A stretch of DNA of 63,971 nt from contig JASCQW010000119.1 in NCBI GenBank assembly GCA_030264375.1, positions 6,553,271 to 6,617,241 on the forward strand, written 5' to 3'. A model generated the notes under the pieces. The model saw only the letters and a program-made list of their open reading frames with translations. It had not been told where the DNA came from and made no database searches. Positions 1-15,000 of the stretch are shown piece after piece. Within the stretch, counting starts at the first letter, position 1; every line of letters begins with the position of its first letter. The stretch comes from Carcharhinus longimanus (Eukaryota). The translations under genes and the position numbers were made by a program.

Positions 1-39
1 CTTTTCTAACTGCAAAATCGTGAAAATATTATTATTTAC

Positions 40-75
40 CTGCATCCTCCAAAAGACTTGTACACGCAAATAGTT
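40..75 (-). CDS. Micro-exon type A (36 nt), [12 protein letters not shown]
   Basis: gtttcag|AACTATTTGCGTGTACAAGTCTTTTGGAGGATGCAG|gtaaat. Confidence 0.75.
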
Positions 76-3000
76 CTGAAACCGAACAAGTTGAATGGTT
101 AGACATTTTTGTGCCAAAAGATTTTCTAGGCCCAAATCATCACCAGCTACTTCCTAAGTGGTATCCCTAGAGTAAAACGTCAAAAATGGAGTGTTCCTGA
201 AGACTTAACAATGTTCTGCATAATTTGTGACTCCTCAGTTACTGAAGCCACACATGTCCAAATGCAACATAACATGGACAATATAAAGACTTGGGCCGAC
301 AATGGAAGACAGCATACGAAAAAGTGTGTGGCAATGACCATCTCTAATAATGGGGGCCTAACAATCGTTTCCTGTCATTCAATCACATTGCCATCGCTAA
401 TCAAACTGTCCCTCCCCTGTACACGTACTTGGCCTTTTTTTTGACCAGAAGCACAACTGGACTGCTATACACATAAGTCGGCAGAAGGCTTGGAGTCCTG
501 CAACAACTAAATATCTTCCGATTCCTCTCACGTTGCTTAGAACGCAAAACACTGTTCCAGATGTAGCCTGACCAGTACTGTTGATCTTTGGTAACATGAC
601 TATTTGGTGCAATTAAGTATACATTATTTGCAGTTTATTTAAACGCACAGTTAGTTAAGAGTCTGCATTGGAACAGCAACTTCCTTTTCCAAATCAGTTG
701 CTTATGTGACTTATTTTATAGTATTGGCGTCGTTACAAATCTATGTGGATCCAAGCAAATCCGCAAGCAATTGATGTTGACGTAGCATAGGATGTGATGA
801 AGTTTGCATTTTTTTTGATGCGGGCCTGCTGCATTTCTCTGCACTTTCAACTTCGGGATGATCGACAATTCCTCATAACATAGACATGCGGTGTTCAGTT
901 ACAACATAGGAGATCTTAACAACATCAAGGAAAAAAGAACCAGCGAATGTCTTTGACGCTACCCGGAATATATTGACCACATACCCCCTCTATTATTGAT
1001 GCAGTATTATCAATGTATACCATCGACAAAATGCACGGCTGGACCTTATAAAGTGTCCTTCGACAGGGTTAGTCGGAACCCAGTATGACAGATAACGGCA
1101 ATGGCAATTGATATAGTTTGATTCCACTAGGTATAAGTCCCACTCGAAGACATACACCATCCGAATTTGAAATTATCTCAAGTGCCCTCGTTGTCGTTAG
1201 TCAAAGTCGCCTTGCTACTCCTGTCCAATTTGCACTGTAGGTATTCTTACATCAATTAGCCTACGGCACTTCAAGGATGACGCGCGCAAGAAGTTTTTCC
1301 AAGGACAATTAGAGAGGCGAAACACGTTTTGGCCAAGCCAGTGACTTACTAATCCCAAGGGAAAATAATTAAATTTAAATTGCAAGTAAAATTTTCAGCA
1401 AATGTGAGCTCAAAATTAAACGCCGTCTATAAGTTTCCTGAGCATTGCGTTCAACAAAAAAAAGTGTTAGTTGAGGGGTGGAGCGTAAATTATACATTCA
1501 TTATCCTTTATTTGTTTCTATGGGTCCAAGTAAAGAAAGTAATGCCCATAATGCAAAACTTCCTGCATTTGTTTTAATCATTGCCGCTTGTCCGTCACCC
1601 AGGCTCTTTCCACTCGCTCATATCTATTTTACATTTGGCCGTACTTGCACTATAGTGTTCAATTCTGGTTGCCAAACTGCCAGAAGAATNNNNNNNNNNN
1701 NNNNNNNNNNNNNNNNNNNNNNNNNNNNNNNNNNNNNNNNNNNNNNNNNNNNNNNNNNNNNNNNNNNNNNNNNNNNNNNNNNNNNNNNNNNNNNNNNNNC
1801 ATAAGAAGTAAAGGGTTTTAATTCAGTTGGGCAGCATGGTCGTTGCAGTCTTGGAATGCTGAAGAGCTTGTTCATGTGCTGAGTTTTTTTTTTGTACATT
1901 GTCCGCGTGTAACATTCTTTCTTTTTAAAAAATATGTCAGTTCTCTTTGTATCTTTCTGTTATAGATGAAACCTTCGCAGTCTAACCACTCTCAACGCCC
2001 TGGCTGCAGAAGCAATACTTACATTTCAGTTTTGACTTAATGTTAGATAGCGTGCATTTGCAGATCGGTTTATTTTGGAATTCTGGAGGATGTGCGTTAA
2101 ATTTTGTGGTGGTATTTTTGGTCCAATATTTCGTAAATGTAGAATAGAACGTAACTTTTAATCAGCAAAAGTCCTGCATTCAGAATTAAGAATTTGCCAT
2201 TTAATAGCTTTGTCCTATAATAAGTAGAAAAAAGAAAGTTGACACAACAGTCCGTCGAACGTTCGGATAGAAAACTCGGATCCGAACAATCGGATAGATT
2301 TATATCCGAACTTTTCCCACTTGATCAACATATGGTTTGTTTTCCTTTTACTGTTCCAAACATACCTATTAATCACAGATTTGTATAAATTCAGTTATCG
2401 AGAATGCAGAGAATTCGGGGCCAGGACGCCTACAACTTCGGAATCGTTTAGTGAACATGCTACATACCATTGATCTCGAATTTCCAGTCACAGTGAAAAT
2501 AACAAAATATCTCAGCATCGGCTTAACTTTATGTTGCAGAAGTTGGCTAACCTGGCTTCTCTCTGACCTGCATTTAATCCGCATCTCATGTAGGGAGACT
2601 AAATATTCTGAATATTCCTGTTATTTCTGCTTTTTTTTCTGACACAAGGCCCAACACACGGCCAGTATAGCATCGAAAAACCCGTTGCCAAAGACTTGCC
2701 GAGGAATGCCAACACACAATTTGGCTCCATAATGTATTATTGCACTGGCATGCTCGATTTCTGTTTTCTTCGTGGAAATCAAAATCCCCGTGAATACCAT
2801 CAGTTCAAACATATTAACCATGGTTTCAGTTTTGTTTTAATTGCTTTGCATAAAGGCAAATGCAGTTGTCATGTAATTGCATTTAAATTCGCTTACCTTT
2901 CTCTTTTGCGTTGTATTTGGCAAATGGGTAAGAGTAAATGGTAAACCGTTGATTGAGAAAGATATTGTGGCATTTCCCAATTAAAGTAATTTGTTGAGAA

Positions 3001-6000
3001 ATAATTACATATTATTTTAAAATTACAGCTCGACTTGCGCTAAAGTGTCAGATTATGCAAGCACACTTAAACATTCTGGTGTTAGCGTGAGTGGGCGAAC
3101 ACGGCCACTACGGACTCAGGGTCAGGTTCAACAGCGGTACAGCTTCATTTTAACGTCGACGGAGGTGCAGTCAGGGCATACAAACCGAAATGTCCCGAAA
3201 CCACTCTAAAGACCCGCCGCAATGGGCTACAGTTATACCTGAACTTGATACATTGTACAAATGCTAATGTTTTGTTTACAGTATTCGACTCTGACCATCC
3301 TGTTTTGATGTCTTCAAGTATTGTAAAAATGTTTTTAAATGTGTGTTAATCGTTTCTGTCTGATGGGTTTGTTAAAGGTCTAGAATCTCCGGGGTTTGAA
3401 CAATCGGTGTTTGACTAGTTTGTGGGGCCAGGGATGCTTCCTCAGTTATGCTAATATTTAGGTGTCTCCAAAGAGGGTTGCTTGATTAGATCAGAGATGC
3501 TGATTTGGTTGGATGGAGGTGTACTTTTTAATTTAGTTCCTGTAGGTGTCATCCTGTCCGGTTCCTTTTTGTGCCCTCATTTGCATTCTAAAAGCATGTC
3601 CTTGCCTGTTAGTCTGTGTCTGTTCCCTTGTGAACTTTTGTGGGGAGGCTCTGAGTGTAACTTTAGTCTGCTTCCATATTGTGTACCCAATTTCATAAAA
3701 AATGTTGTCCGATAACACTGGTGTATATTAGGGATAATTTATAATGTGCGGTGGCAGCATTTTGGTGTGATAATGCTGGTGCATCTTGCAAAAACCTTTC
3801 CTTGAATGCCATTCTTATTGAAGACAATATAAGCAAACACCGCACACAATATTTTTTAATTGTTTTCAAATTAGTTTAAAATAGCACATTTATTTAATAG
3901 CTGGCTTAGGCACATGTTGGATAAGTTATGTTCCAGCTACTTTTTGAGGTTGCAAATTTGAAACGCAAATATGTCAATGATTTCATGGATTTGAGAAATG
4001 TCCTTGATTGATGTATCCATGAGGACAGAAACGTAAAATCCACACAAATGCCGAAGAGAACATCTGGGTAATCGAGTCTGCGCAAACGTTCCGAAAGAGC
4101 ATATCACCCCTCCACAGCCGCCCACCTCCCCCCACCCCTCTTCGCGTAATCTCGTGCATTCGCCGTGTATAATTCATCTAATTGACGCATTTCTTTGGGG
4201 GGGTGGATAATAGCAAGAAGTGTTAATTCCCAAAGAAATCGGACAATGGGAGAGTGCAAACTCGAGACAGGCAATCACCCAAGACTCAATTCAAACCGAC
4301 AGCCTTGGAACCGAAAGGGAGTATTGTTTTTTTTTGCCATCGTGCTGGCGAAAATAATTAAACGTCTTGTACAAATGCTTTTGCAAATGACAGAGCACAG
4401 ATTTCTGACCTAAATTGTCTAAATCATGTTGAAATTTCGCAAAATCTGTAATACAGATAACAATTATTTTACATTTAATTGAAACATGCATGGACACATA
4501 AAACATATGAACCAGGGTAGACATTCGTCCCATCGAGAGTGCTTTGTCATTCAATGTGAACATTTAACTTAATTGCCTGATAACATGTTTCCCCATTAGC
4601 CGTTGAACATGTATGTCACAGAAACTATTTGAAACATTTTCATGAAAAAAAAGTCATCACAGCTATTTTTGTGCCAATGGGTGCTCCTGGTTTACTACAC
4701 TTTGGTTGAAGGCATTTCTCCTCACCGCTGTCATTTAAAGTAATGGTATGGAGTCTGGGTCTCCGAAAATTGGAGATACCGTTCCTGTATTACCTGTCCA
4801 GCCCAGTTACAATTACGCAGGTTTCTGTGAGATCCCACTGATGAATTCCAACTCAATCGAATGCAATCGCATCCAAGTCATTGACTGATTTTGCATTGGT
4901 ACTGCCATCCAAACATCAGCTTAGGACATCTTCAGTGCACTCCCTCGAAACAAATAACATCTTTCTTCAGATAAGAAAAACAAATGTGCAGAAAATGTTC
5001 CAAATAGGACCTCACGAATGTTCTGTATAATTCGAAAAAGACATGCTGCTCTGGTACTCGAAACTCTTGATTTAATGGCCAACATACCAATTGATTTCTA
5101 TACTCTGCTCGATCTCCAAAGATATGTGGGTTAGGTTGATTGGCCATGCTAAATCGCTCCTTAGTGTCCTGAGATGCGGAGGTTAGAGGAATTTGTGGTT
5201 AAATTTGTTGAGGTATGTGGGTAGGGTCTGGGCAGGATTGTGGTTGGTGCAGGCTCGATGTACCAAGTGGCCTCTTTCCGCACTGTAGGGTTTCTATGAT
5301 TGTATGATTCTATGACTTGCGTGCTTACATTCATTGGCTGCATTACGAGGGCACACAGGAACATTCTTGATCATATAATCCAGAATTTTCCTCACTTCGA
5401 ATGTCTTGCTGACCGATCTACGATTCCATTTTATTTTTTGTCTCTGCCTCCCTTTTTAATTATCTGGGAGCTTTTCGTTAACTATCCCAAATCCCTCTGA
5501 AGGGTTCTGGAGACCTAACATCTTGGGAAGTGACCGCCAATGCATCTGCTATCAATAAATCGTTATTTTCTTATATCGTGGTGGTGTAGTTTTCCAGGAC
5601 CTGGGGATTCCTCGGCTTCGATGCTCGCTATTCGTGGAGCAGAATTTCCACACTAATGCTATATTAACTCAACTCGTCCCCCTGAATCAATCCTGTGTTC
5701 CCAGCATTTCCCCTACGTTATGTCGGTTCCCATTTGTAATGACTGAAACAATGTATGCATTAATGCCATCAGAAATGTTTCTGACAGTGAAGGCTTATGC
5801 ATTATGCATCTGCATTATACATCTGTCTTATCCATTATTTTGTCTGTGTTTGCCTATATAAAACTTAACAATTATTTTTTTTATTTCCCTTAACCTTGCA
5901 GTCACACATTTATTCCCTTCTTAATTAATCTCTTAATCCACTTCAGCTACGCACTAATTTGTTCCAACCATCAGGTTGTGTTTAATTTCCCCTTGGTCAT

Positions 6001-9000
6001 TAGCCTTGTATTTTTCCTTTGATCTAATACCACCGCTCTTTTCCGTGTAATGCATGGCTTGATCTCCCTTTCCTTTTTCGTTTTGCTCCAGGGAGTAATA
6101 ATAATTCTTGCAGTCCACCAATGAGCCCTTTGAATGTTTTCACAGTACTCGTCTGATTCATCTTTTGTCACTATCTAAATTAGATTTCAGACACATGACC
6201 ATCAAAACATTTTGTCATTCCTTCTATTCCTTCAATTTACTTGCTCAAAGTCTTGAATATTTCTTGTTGAAGAATAAACAATATGAACATAGAAACATTC
6301 TAATGTAATTCTTACAAATGAAGTTATTCGTTCCATAAAAAAAAATCATGTCCGACGGATGATTTATTTGATATTTCAGTTTTGGACCACTTGATCTGTA
6401 GCTCCTTTACAGTCAGTAACAGGAAAATGTACAATGATTAATACAAAAATTGCTGATGACATGAATGCATACTTTGTTTCAGTCTTTACAAATGAGGACC
6501 AAGAATATTCGTTTGTTTCTGCAAATACGGATCAAATGCCCTTATCGCACTCCACATGTCAGGATTATTTTTCAATTGTCAATAAATTATGTTAATTATT
6601 GCTGGGTATAATTTGCACATTTAAGCAGCATATTTTAACGACAGATACCTTTATTTTTTTCTTTGAGATTTTTCTCTACCATGAGGTAAAAACAGAAATA
6701 TTGGAGAAGTCAAAATAGTTCCATTTAATAATTGTGTTTTCTTACAGTATAGCCAATGTAATGTACATTTGACTGTATGTAAAACATATACAAACACATT
6801 AGTTTCAATTACGCATAATGATTAACTGATGACAAGCGATTGTTGCCCATAATAATGTTGAAATCGGACTGGTCTCCTTTTCTGAACATTGATCTGAGAG
6901 TTATTCACTTAAGTCTAACACAACTGATTTTGGCTGCATACATGTGAGGAATATATAATCGAAGTTAAGACCAGACATACAATCACCCAGTTAAAGCTTA
7001 ATGAGAAACAGTTAAATATGCATTAATAATTGCAGCTTCAGATGTATTCATGTTTTAATTGCTGGGAATTCTGGCATCCGGGTCATAGCAAAATTTGCTT
7101 AAGTGCAATGCCAGGGTCTATTGCACAAAATGCGGCATTAATGAGTCTTGCATTAAAGTCGCACATGGTTTTGAGAGGCAACCGAAAGGAAGACGCAACC
7201 TGCGATCTTATGTTGCAAAATGAGATCCAATTGCGTTCGAAAAATGCCACAAAGGGAGCGGCACTGTTTCCATGGCCGACATTTGCTCCCCGTTATACAA
7301 TCAGCGCATATAATTCGATAATGGTCGAAATGCCATTTGCATAAATTTTGGAGTAATTGCTAGGTCTCCGTTGTAGAGATGAGGCAATTGCGTTTGCATT
7401 GTTGCTGCATTGGTTGCAAACTCATGTACGAGAACAAGTTGTTATAAATTGTGCCACGCATTTTCGCAACACATGCAAAGCTTCAGAATCTAGCCACAAT
7501 ATCTAAATTAATGCGTAATTTTCACAACCGAACTTTTGTCAACTGGCAGGAAACATTCACTCGTTGCAAATTGCATGCAGCATGATTGGAACAGTTATCA
7601 CTCACCTGCCTCAGTCAAAGCTTTTTGATAAACACCTATCTCTACAATNNNNNNNNNNAAAATCAAATCATGTCAAATTTTTGGTGCATTGAAATTCCAT
7701 GCATTCCCCTCTTGGAAATGCAGACGACAAACGAATGTTTCAAGCTCTTCAAATTCGGCATTCATTCACAACTTTATTGATTTGCAAGAAACGAAAAAAA
7801 GTCACAAATGTCAATCAGTCCCGCCACAAATTAGAAACAGAGACTTGTGGTATGAAAATAAACATGCATAATGTAAACGAATACTCATGTGGATATGTAT
7901 TTGTATGTTTCCGTTGTTATATTCATTGAGCTATTTCAAGGGGGCGCTCCTAACGCAAGCTTTGACTGCAAGCAACGTAGCTTAAGTGGGAAATGAGGAG
8001 GGAGGCTGCAGTTGCGAGGAACAAGAAATAAACTTTAAGTCGGGACACAAATGGAGATATATTTATGAAGACTATTCCTGTATTGGGATGCATGATTTCA
8101 TTGAGTTAATTAGTTTGACAAAAGTGTCTGGGATTTACAAAAACCCATAACTCCATCATCTTGAACATTCATGAACTTTTCTTGTTTAACTTCCTATTCT
8201 CCAGCATGTAGTATTCTATATTGTCCTTTCATACAGACACCATATTTATATTGCATGTTCGTTGTCGGAATTCATTATACATTTTTTAAACTCGTGATTA
8301 ATCATATTCGTACGAGAATCAGTTTCTTGCATATAATTGGAATGAACGATTGAAGAGCACGGGAGGAAGACATTTGTCAAAACTTGAACTTGACATCAAC
8401 CATATCCATCCTGCTCAACGGCACTTTCCAGCATTTGTGACGGAGACTGTGACAGAGCATGCACATTTTCAAGAGCCCTGTAATGTATTGTTTTCGCTGA
8501 GTTCTTCTGAACTTCAGATTTGATTCTTATTACATTTGACGGCAAAACATGTCGGAGTTTCTCCGCACCTCACGTCATAACATAAATATGAGTGTTGATT
8601 ACAGAATCTACTACCCAACGGCATGGGGTGAAAGCTCCCACTCTCTCATGACCCCAAACAATTATACACAATTTAATAAGTCCAAAGTTTAATTATGACT
8701 GTCATAATAATACTTGAATGAAGTTCTAGTGATAATCATCTAGTGGCTGCACTCTGGCGCCTATTCGGCTACACTGGGAGATAATTTAGCATGACCAATG
8801 CAACGAACCAGCATGTATTTCAGAGTGTGATAGAAAACCAAAGCAGATGGACGGAACACACGCAGACACGTGGGAAAACGCGGAGGGAGCGCACAGACAA
8901 TGTTCAAAGCCGGGATTGAGACCCATATTTCGGGCACTGTGAGATAGCACTGCAAAACACTTTGCCACCGTGTCACCCTTAGACTTGCAGCGGTCCTGAC

Positions 9001-12000
9001 CAATTTGTCATATGCGACTTCTAAATTTGAACAGGAAAAAAAAAGTTTGTCCTCATGCCTTCATCTTCCTCATTTTGTGATGAACAGAAATCCACGGAAC
9101 ACTCCATCTGCACTGTGACTGTGGTTTGGTCTGCTTCGAGCATTACGCTCGTTTGGTATTTTCATGCCTTTACGTAGAGAAGGGGCAAATCTCCTTGTGA
9201 TCTCGGGTATTCCTTATCTAACTTTCCACGTTCACACCATGTCCAAAGGCACGGCCTTTATGAAGCCAGACCGGAAATTCTCGCCGGGGTTCAACTGGCG
9301 TTTTCGTTGTCGGCGGCTGGCCCCCTCCAATTCCAGTGTGGGCATGGCGGTAAGCTTCCGGCGATGGAACGGCCATGACTTTCGTTTACATTTCTCAGGT
9401 TCTGACAATTGATCGCTTACCAAATGGACTTCTTTGCTTTCGAAAAATGAAATATTTCAAAGTGGACCAACTTCGATTGAATTCATCATTGTTCTCATCA
9501 AATTAATATAGATTACTTATTTTCAAATTCAGCGTTGTGACACAAGCTTTTGAAATTCTTCACATATTGTGTCATCAACATTATGTCTACCCGATCATAT
9601 GCTCCATAATAATAAATGAATACATGATTTGATTCGATTTTATAATACAGGAAGCAAGCATAATTTACTTTCTGAAAATCTGCTGTTGAAATCGAGTTTT
9701 AAAATAAGCGGGACGAATTGAAAAGGTGCACCTCATCGACCCCCCACAAAATATTGGATGAAAATCGATTACGCAATGCACATTTTTTGTTGTTTTGACA
9801 TATAATATAGATCATAAATGAGGGTATGGCGGCATAATGGATAGCACTACTGCCTCACAGCCAGGGATAGGGATTAATCCCACCCTTGTGTGACAGTGTG
9901 CGCGAAGTTTGGACGTTTTCCCCATGTCCAAGTAGATTTCCTCTGGGTGCTGTGGTTTCCTCTCAACATCCCAAGATGTGCAGCTTTGGTGGATTGGCCA
10001 TGCCATGTCTCCGCTCAACGACCGAATAGTTGGGAGGGGGAAGGGGATCGGTAGTGTAAACACTTGGTGGTAGGTGGTGCACTTGATTCAGATGCTCTGC
10101 CTGAGAGTCGGTGTGGAATTGTGTGGAAAAGTTTTCACATCTTTACTGTGGTGTTTCTGTGGTTTATCTATTATATTCCTATATACTATCTTAGAACACG
10201 TTATCAGAATGTNNNNNNNNGGAGGTGAAATGACAAAAGGACAACGCAGAGATGTTGAATTCTGACACTGACATTTCAGCATTGCACGTCCACCAGTAGA
10301 TCCTTAGGCTACTTCCACAATGAGTTTCATTTTACCCTTAACACTATGAAGTTAAATGTAATGGCCTGTGATGTTGAAAACTGGAGATTAATCGCCGTTT
10401 TAATTGTAACGCTATAAATTGTCATCATCACATAGCTTGGCCATATGATCAGAAAAAATAAACATTTTAGATTTTGTCGAAATGAAGAATCAGAACATTG
10501 GATTAAGTATATGTTTTGAAAGTGTGGACAGTTGTAATGTATCCATAGAAGCCATAGAAACCTAAAGTATAGGAGGAAGCCATAGGGCCCATCGTGTCGA
10601 CACCGACAACAATCCCACCTAGGTCTTTTTCTCCTAACCCCAAATATTTTCCCCACTAAACCCTCTGAACTATACGTCCGGGACAATACCTGGAAAATTA
10701 GCAAGGCCAATGGACCTAACCTGCACTTTTTTGGACAGTGGGAGGGAATAATAGCACAAGGAGGAAACTCAAGCAGACACAACGAGATTGTGCAGAAACT
10801 GAACAGACAGTGACACAGGCCGGGAATCGAGCCGGATATCTGCAGCTGTGAGGCAGCGGTGCTAACCACTGTGCCATCATGCTACCCAACCGTATCCACA
10901 TTAGGACAAAGAGCAAATGTCCAATGCACCAATCTCTAACCTCACAAAATCCTTTGATTGTACGGAGGCTAGAGCCATAAAACTTGTTTTGTTCAGGCAA
11001 ATCCTCAGGATTCGTTTTAATGAATGCCCAAAAAAGAGCTCTGGATTGTGAAATTCAGTTAGAATTCTTGCGTTGTTAATGCCGAAATACCAACACTGGC
11101 CTCCAACGTTTGTCATACCGCAGTGCCTCTTAAAACGGTCAAGTTATTTTGTGCCAACTGACTGCGATGTGACCTCGTTGAGATACTCAATATGCATAGA
11201 GTAAAGGTTTGGGCTGTGCTTCTTATTTAAACCATAGAGGCAATAGTATGAATTATAACGTCGAAACTGTAAATACAAGTTTCGTGGCAGCCAATAGAAA
11301 TCAATGCCATTAATTTACAATGGAATTCTGATACAGGTCAGTTGCCGGCTTAGTCATATGCAGATCATTTTGACAGGTTATCCTGCATATTTGCCTTCCT
11401 CTCCTGTGCACTCAATGAAGGTTACTAATTGTGTGTTCTTAAAATCTCATAGCACAGATGAAGTGATGTGGCACAAATACGTTTACCAACGTGTTACCCT
11501 AGTATGCTAACTGCAGTTTTGATTTTCAATATATTGGCTGTAATGTTTGCAAAGGCAGCTCATATACCTTGCAATATGCAAACGGAAAAAAAATGGACAA
11601 AACAGGTTTCGACATCAAAAATTCGAATTACTGAATGCTAAACACCATGTACCTTTCTCTTTTTCCTTCAGTTTGTCCTCTGCTCAGGAGACAATTGTTC
11701 AGATTCAAGACAGAATGTTAAATATTCCAACACATCATGAAACAGGATAATGAGATATACGACACGTGCAACAATATGTACATCATTTTCACAAATTTGC
11801 ACTGGATCAAATATACCACAAGAACGATAGCTATACAGTCAGTTTATGATTATTATGTGCCAAACTGTTTATAACATGTCCATCAATATTTAGCCATAAT
11901 AAAAATCAATTTATTTTAATTGCGCAGAACTCTCACCACACTTCAGTTAGACATTGGAAATCTAATGTTTTACCAACTTACAACATGCGAAATGACGGCT

Positions 12001-15000
12001 AGTGATCGCAAGGTATGAATTATTGCAAAATGTATTTTTGCAATATTAGTATTACGAAAACCGCTGTTCAGCTGCACTTGGATTGCCGGAAACGCCGACA
12101 GTTCATGATAAGATTCAAGAACTTGGAATTTCAATTTGGAGAAGATTGAATGTCTCAAAGTGTAAAGGGAAAGTAGTTTGCACCACCGTCGCACATCCCC
12201 TCCCGTCACTCCGTCCGAGCACGCACAAAAGTAGCACACCTCCTGCCGCCAGTAGAAAACCCCATNNNNNNNNNNNNNNNNNNNNNNNNNNNNNNNNNNN
12301 NNNNNNNNNNNNNNNNNNNNNNNNNNNNNNNNNNNNNNNNNNNNNNNNNNNNNNNNNNNNNNNNNNNNNNNNNNNNNNNNNNNNNNNNNNNNNNNNNNNN
12401 NNGTTGTGTGTGTTGCTGCCCGCTTTCACTTCATGAACGGGGTTGCATGGGTAACTAAGAATGCCATCGGCAACAATTTTCACCTTCATATTAAATAAAA
12501 ACAATGATTGGCGTTGGCCTTTCAAATCTGGAGAATTATTCAGTTTGTTTTAACATTGAAGGAGCCAAGTGCGACAATGATCCCAGTTAACGGTAGTGCG
12601 ATCAGATGGTAGCATTCCACCTTGCACGGTTTTAATTCTTCATTTCAAATGTGGCTGCTAGCATCGCAACGACATTTTTTCGGGGTGTGTATTCCGTAAA
12701 AGTCTTTGCGCAGAGGCGGTCCCCCACACAGGCAGCCCAGAAAGACCAAAACAAAAAGCTTTAATAGCATGCTATTCTTGGCAACTTGCTACCATATTCC
12801 ACATTGGAATCTGTCACAAAAAAATAATCGCCGCCAGGCAGCTAATTATCCTCAATGCTAACGTCTTAACTAAACCGCACGAAGGACTGAATAATACTCG
12901 TGCAACTGGGAACCCTTTACATATTCTAGCCCTAACAACCAAACAACAGTTCAAGGTTTGCAGCATTGGTTCAGCGAGGTAACAGCATATTTCAAGGTTG
13001 CCCATTATGCACCACCTCTCATTCCATTGTATGTGTCTTGCATGGGACGTTAAATTCCGGGTTCTGATGGACAGATGCTCAACATGTTCCAGTGCACGTT
13101 GCCCTGCTGTCTAAACGGATATCCCTCATCAGCTCAAATTCATGGACAAATTCACATATTTACTGGCCAAATAAGTAGATTTTGGAAATTCTGGATTGGG
13201 CAATGAACAGAAAATAACGTTGGGTGACATTTTATTGCACCTTCTTCAAGCCTCAGCAGCCTATGGACTGCATCACGGTTACTCAAAAAGAGAGAGAAGT
13301 TTGTCGGCGGAAAATAAAGAAAACAATCTCGCCGTGTTCGAAGATAAATGCAGAGGGATCTTACGGAACAGATTTTTCTCTCTCACCTGAATCTTCTAAA
13401 TCGTCCTGAAATTTCATCAGCTCTGGCAAGCAAAAGTATAATTAGAAAACCTATTAAATATTTTTTTTAACTTATATTCTATTCTTTTATATTCTTGGAA
13501 ATAAATATATGACAATCGGCCAGTGACCATATACTGATTACTGGCATGAGTGAACTTCATACATTATCTCCAGATTTGATAATTATACAGAGACGGGGCG
13601 ATGCTGAACTATCAGATGATGCAGGCATGTTACAGTGATGTTGGATGGACTGATCGTGCGGGCATATGCATGGCAGACGCAATACAATGCGGATGCATTT
13701 GAGGTTCTCAGCATCCGTAGCAAAAAGAAAGATTGATATTTGTGTTAATGAGGACTGTGAGATTGAATACTCAACGAGACCTACATGTTCTCGTTCACCA
13801 GTCGTTTAAAATACGCGCACAAGTAAATCAACCAGTAAATAAGTGACTTAATGACTTGACATTGTTGGGTAGAGAAAGTAAGCATAGGAATACGGATCTT
13901 TTTAGAACAATTATATACGGTATTTGTAAGGCAACACCTCCAGTACTGCGTGCAGTTTCGTGCACGTATCTGTGCAAGTATGTTCTTAACGTAAAGTGAG
14001 TGCAGCACAGTTATACCAGGCTATCATACGGGGACAAATTAAGTCGGTTCGGAAGATATTCATTGAGATTTACAAGAATGTCAGCGGATCCAAAAGAAAC
14101 GTAAACAATTCTATCAGGATTCGACTGGAAAGATGCAGAAATAGTTTTCCTTATGCCAAGATAGTCCATAATTAGGGAAGATAGGTCAAGATAAGGAGTA
14201 AATCTTTTAGGAATGAGGCAAGAAGAATTTCCTTCAGCCAAAGAGATGATGAATTTGTGAAATTCACTACCGGAGAAACTAAATGATGCCTAAACACTGT
14301 ATGACTTTAAATATGAATTGGAAATAAATCTTGGATCCCGCAGTATCAATGGGTATTGAGTGGTTAATGTATCGAATTGGATGAACATCGTGAGCATTTT
14401 ATGTGGCTGAGCAGGCTCAGATGACCGAACAGTCGACTAATCTTCATATTTTCCATGCAAGTTGCTGTGTACGTTTATGGGATGAACGGATATCTGAATG
14501 TCTGCACCGAAGTTAAATGACTGGTTATAAATTACTTTCACATTGTGCTAATAGCAGATATGTAAAACAATAAAAAAATAAATAAAATAGGGATGGAGCT
14601 ACAGATGATGAATTGTTCCTGCATGATGTGGTGCCTGGTCGACCCAGTTGTTGCTCCCAGTGACCACATATCTATTCAATGTTGATTGTTCGAGGAACTC
14701 CGGCTCAGATTTGATAAGGTGGATTAGGAGATTTGGAAACTGTGACTCATCATGGAAGGGGAAAGTTACCTGAACGCTATTTTTCAGGAGGTAATCACGA
14801 CCCTCAGATTAACTACATTTTTGCCAGTGGCCAGGGACAGGAGGGCTGATTCCCACTGAGCTAGGTAGAGGGATCCAGGTCATAGATTTGTAGGAACCTC
14901 AGCCGTTTTCGACATTTTTGCTCCCTTTGTGGATGGAATGGGAACTGCCGGGATCATGAACCAACTGACTGCAGCACCGTGGTCCAGGGAGCTATTCAAT

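Noticed and set aside
2251-2312. Short tcgga/tccga inverted motif cluster
   Set aside because: Too short and irregular to assign a function.
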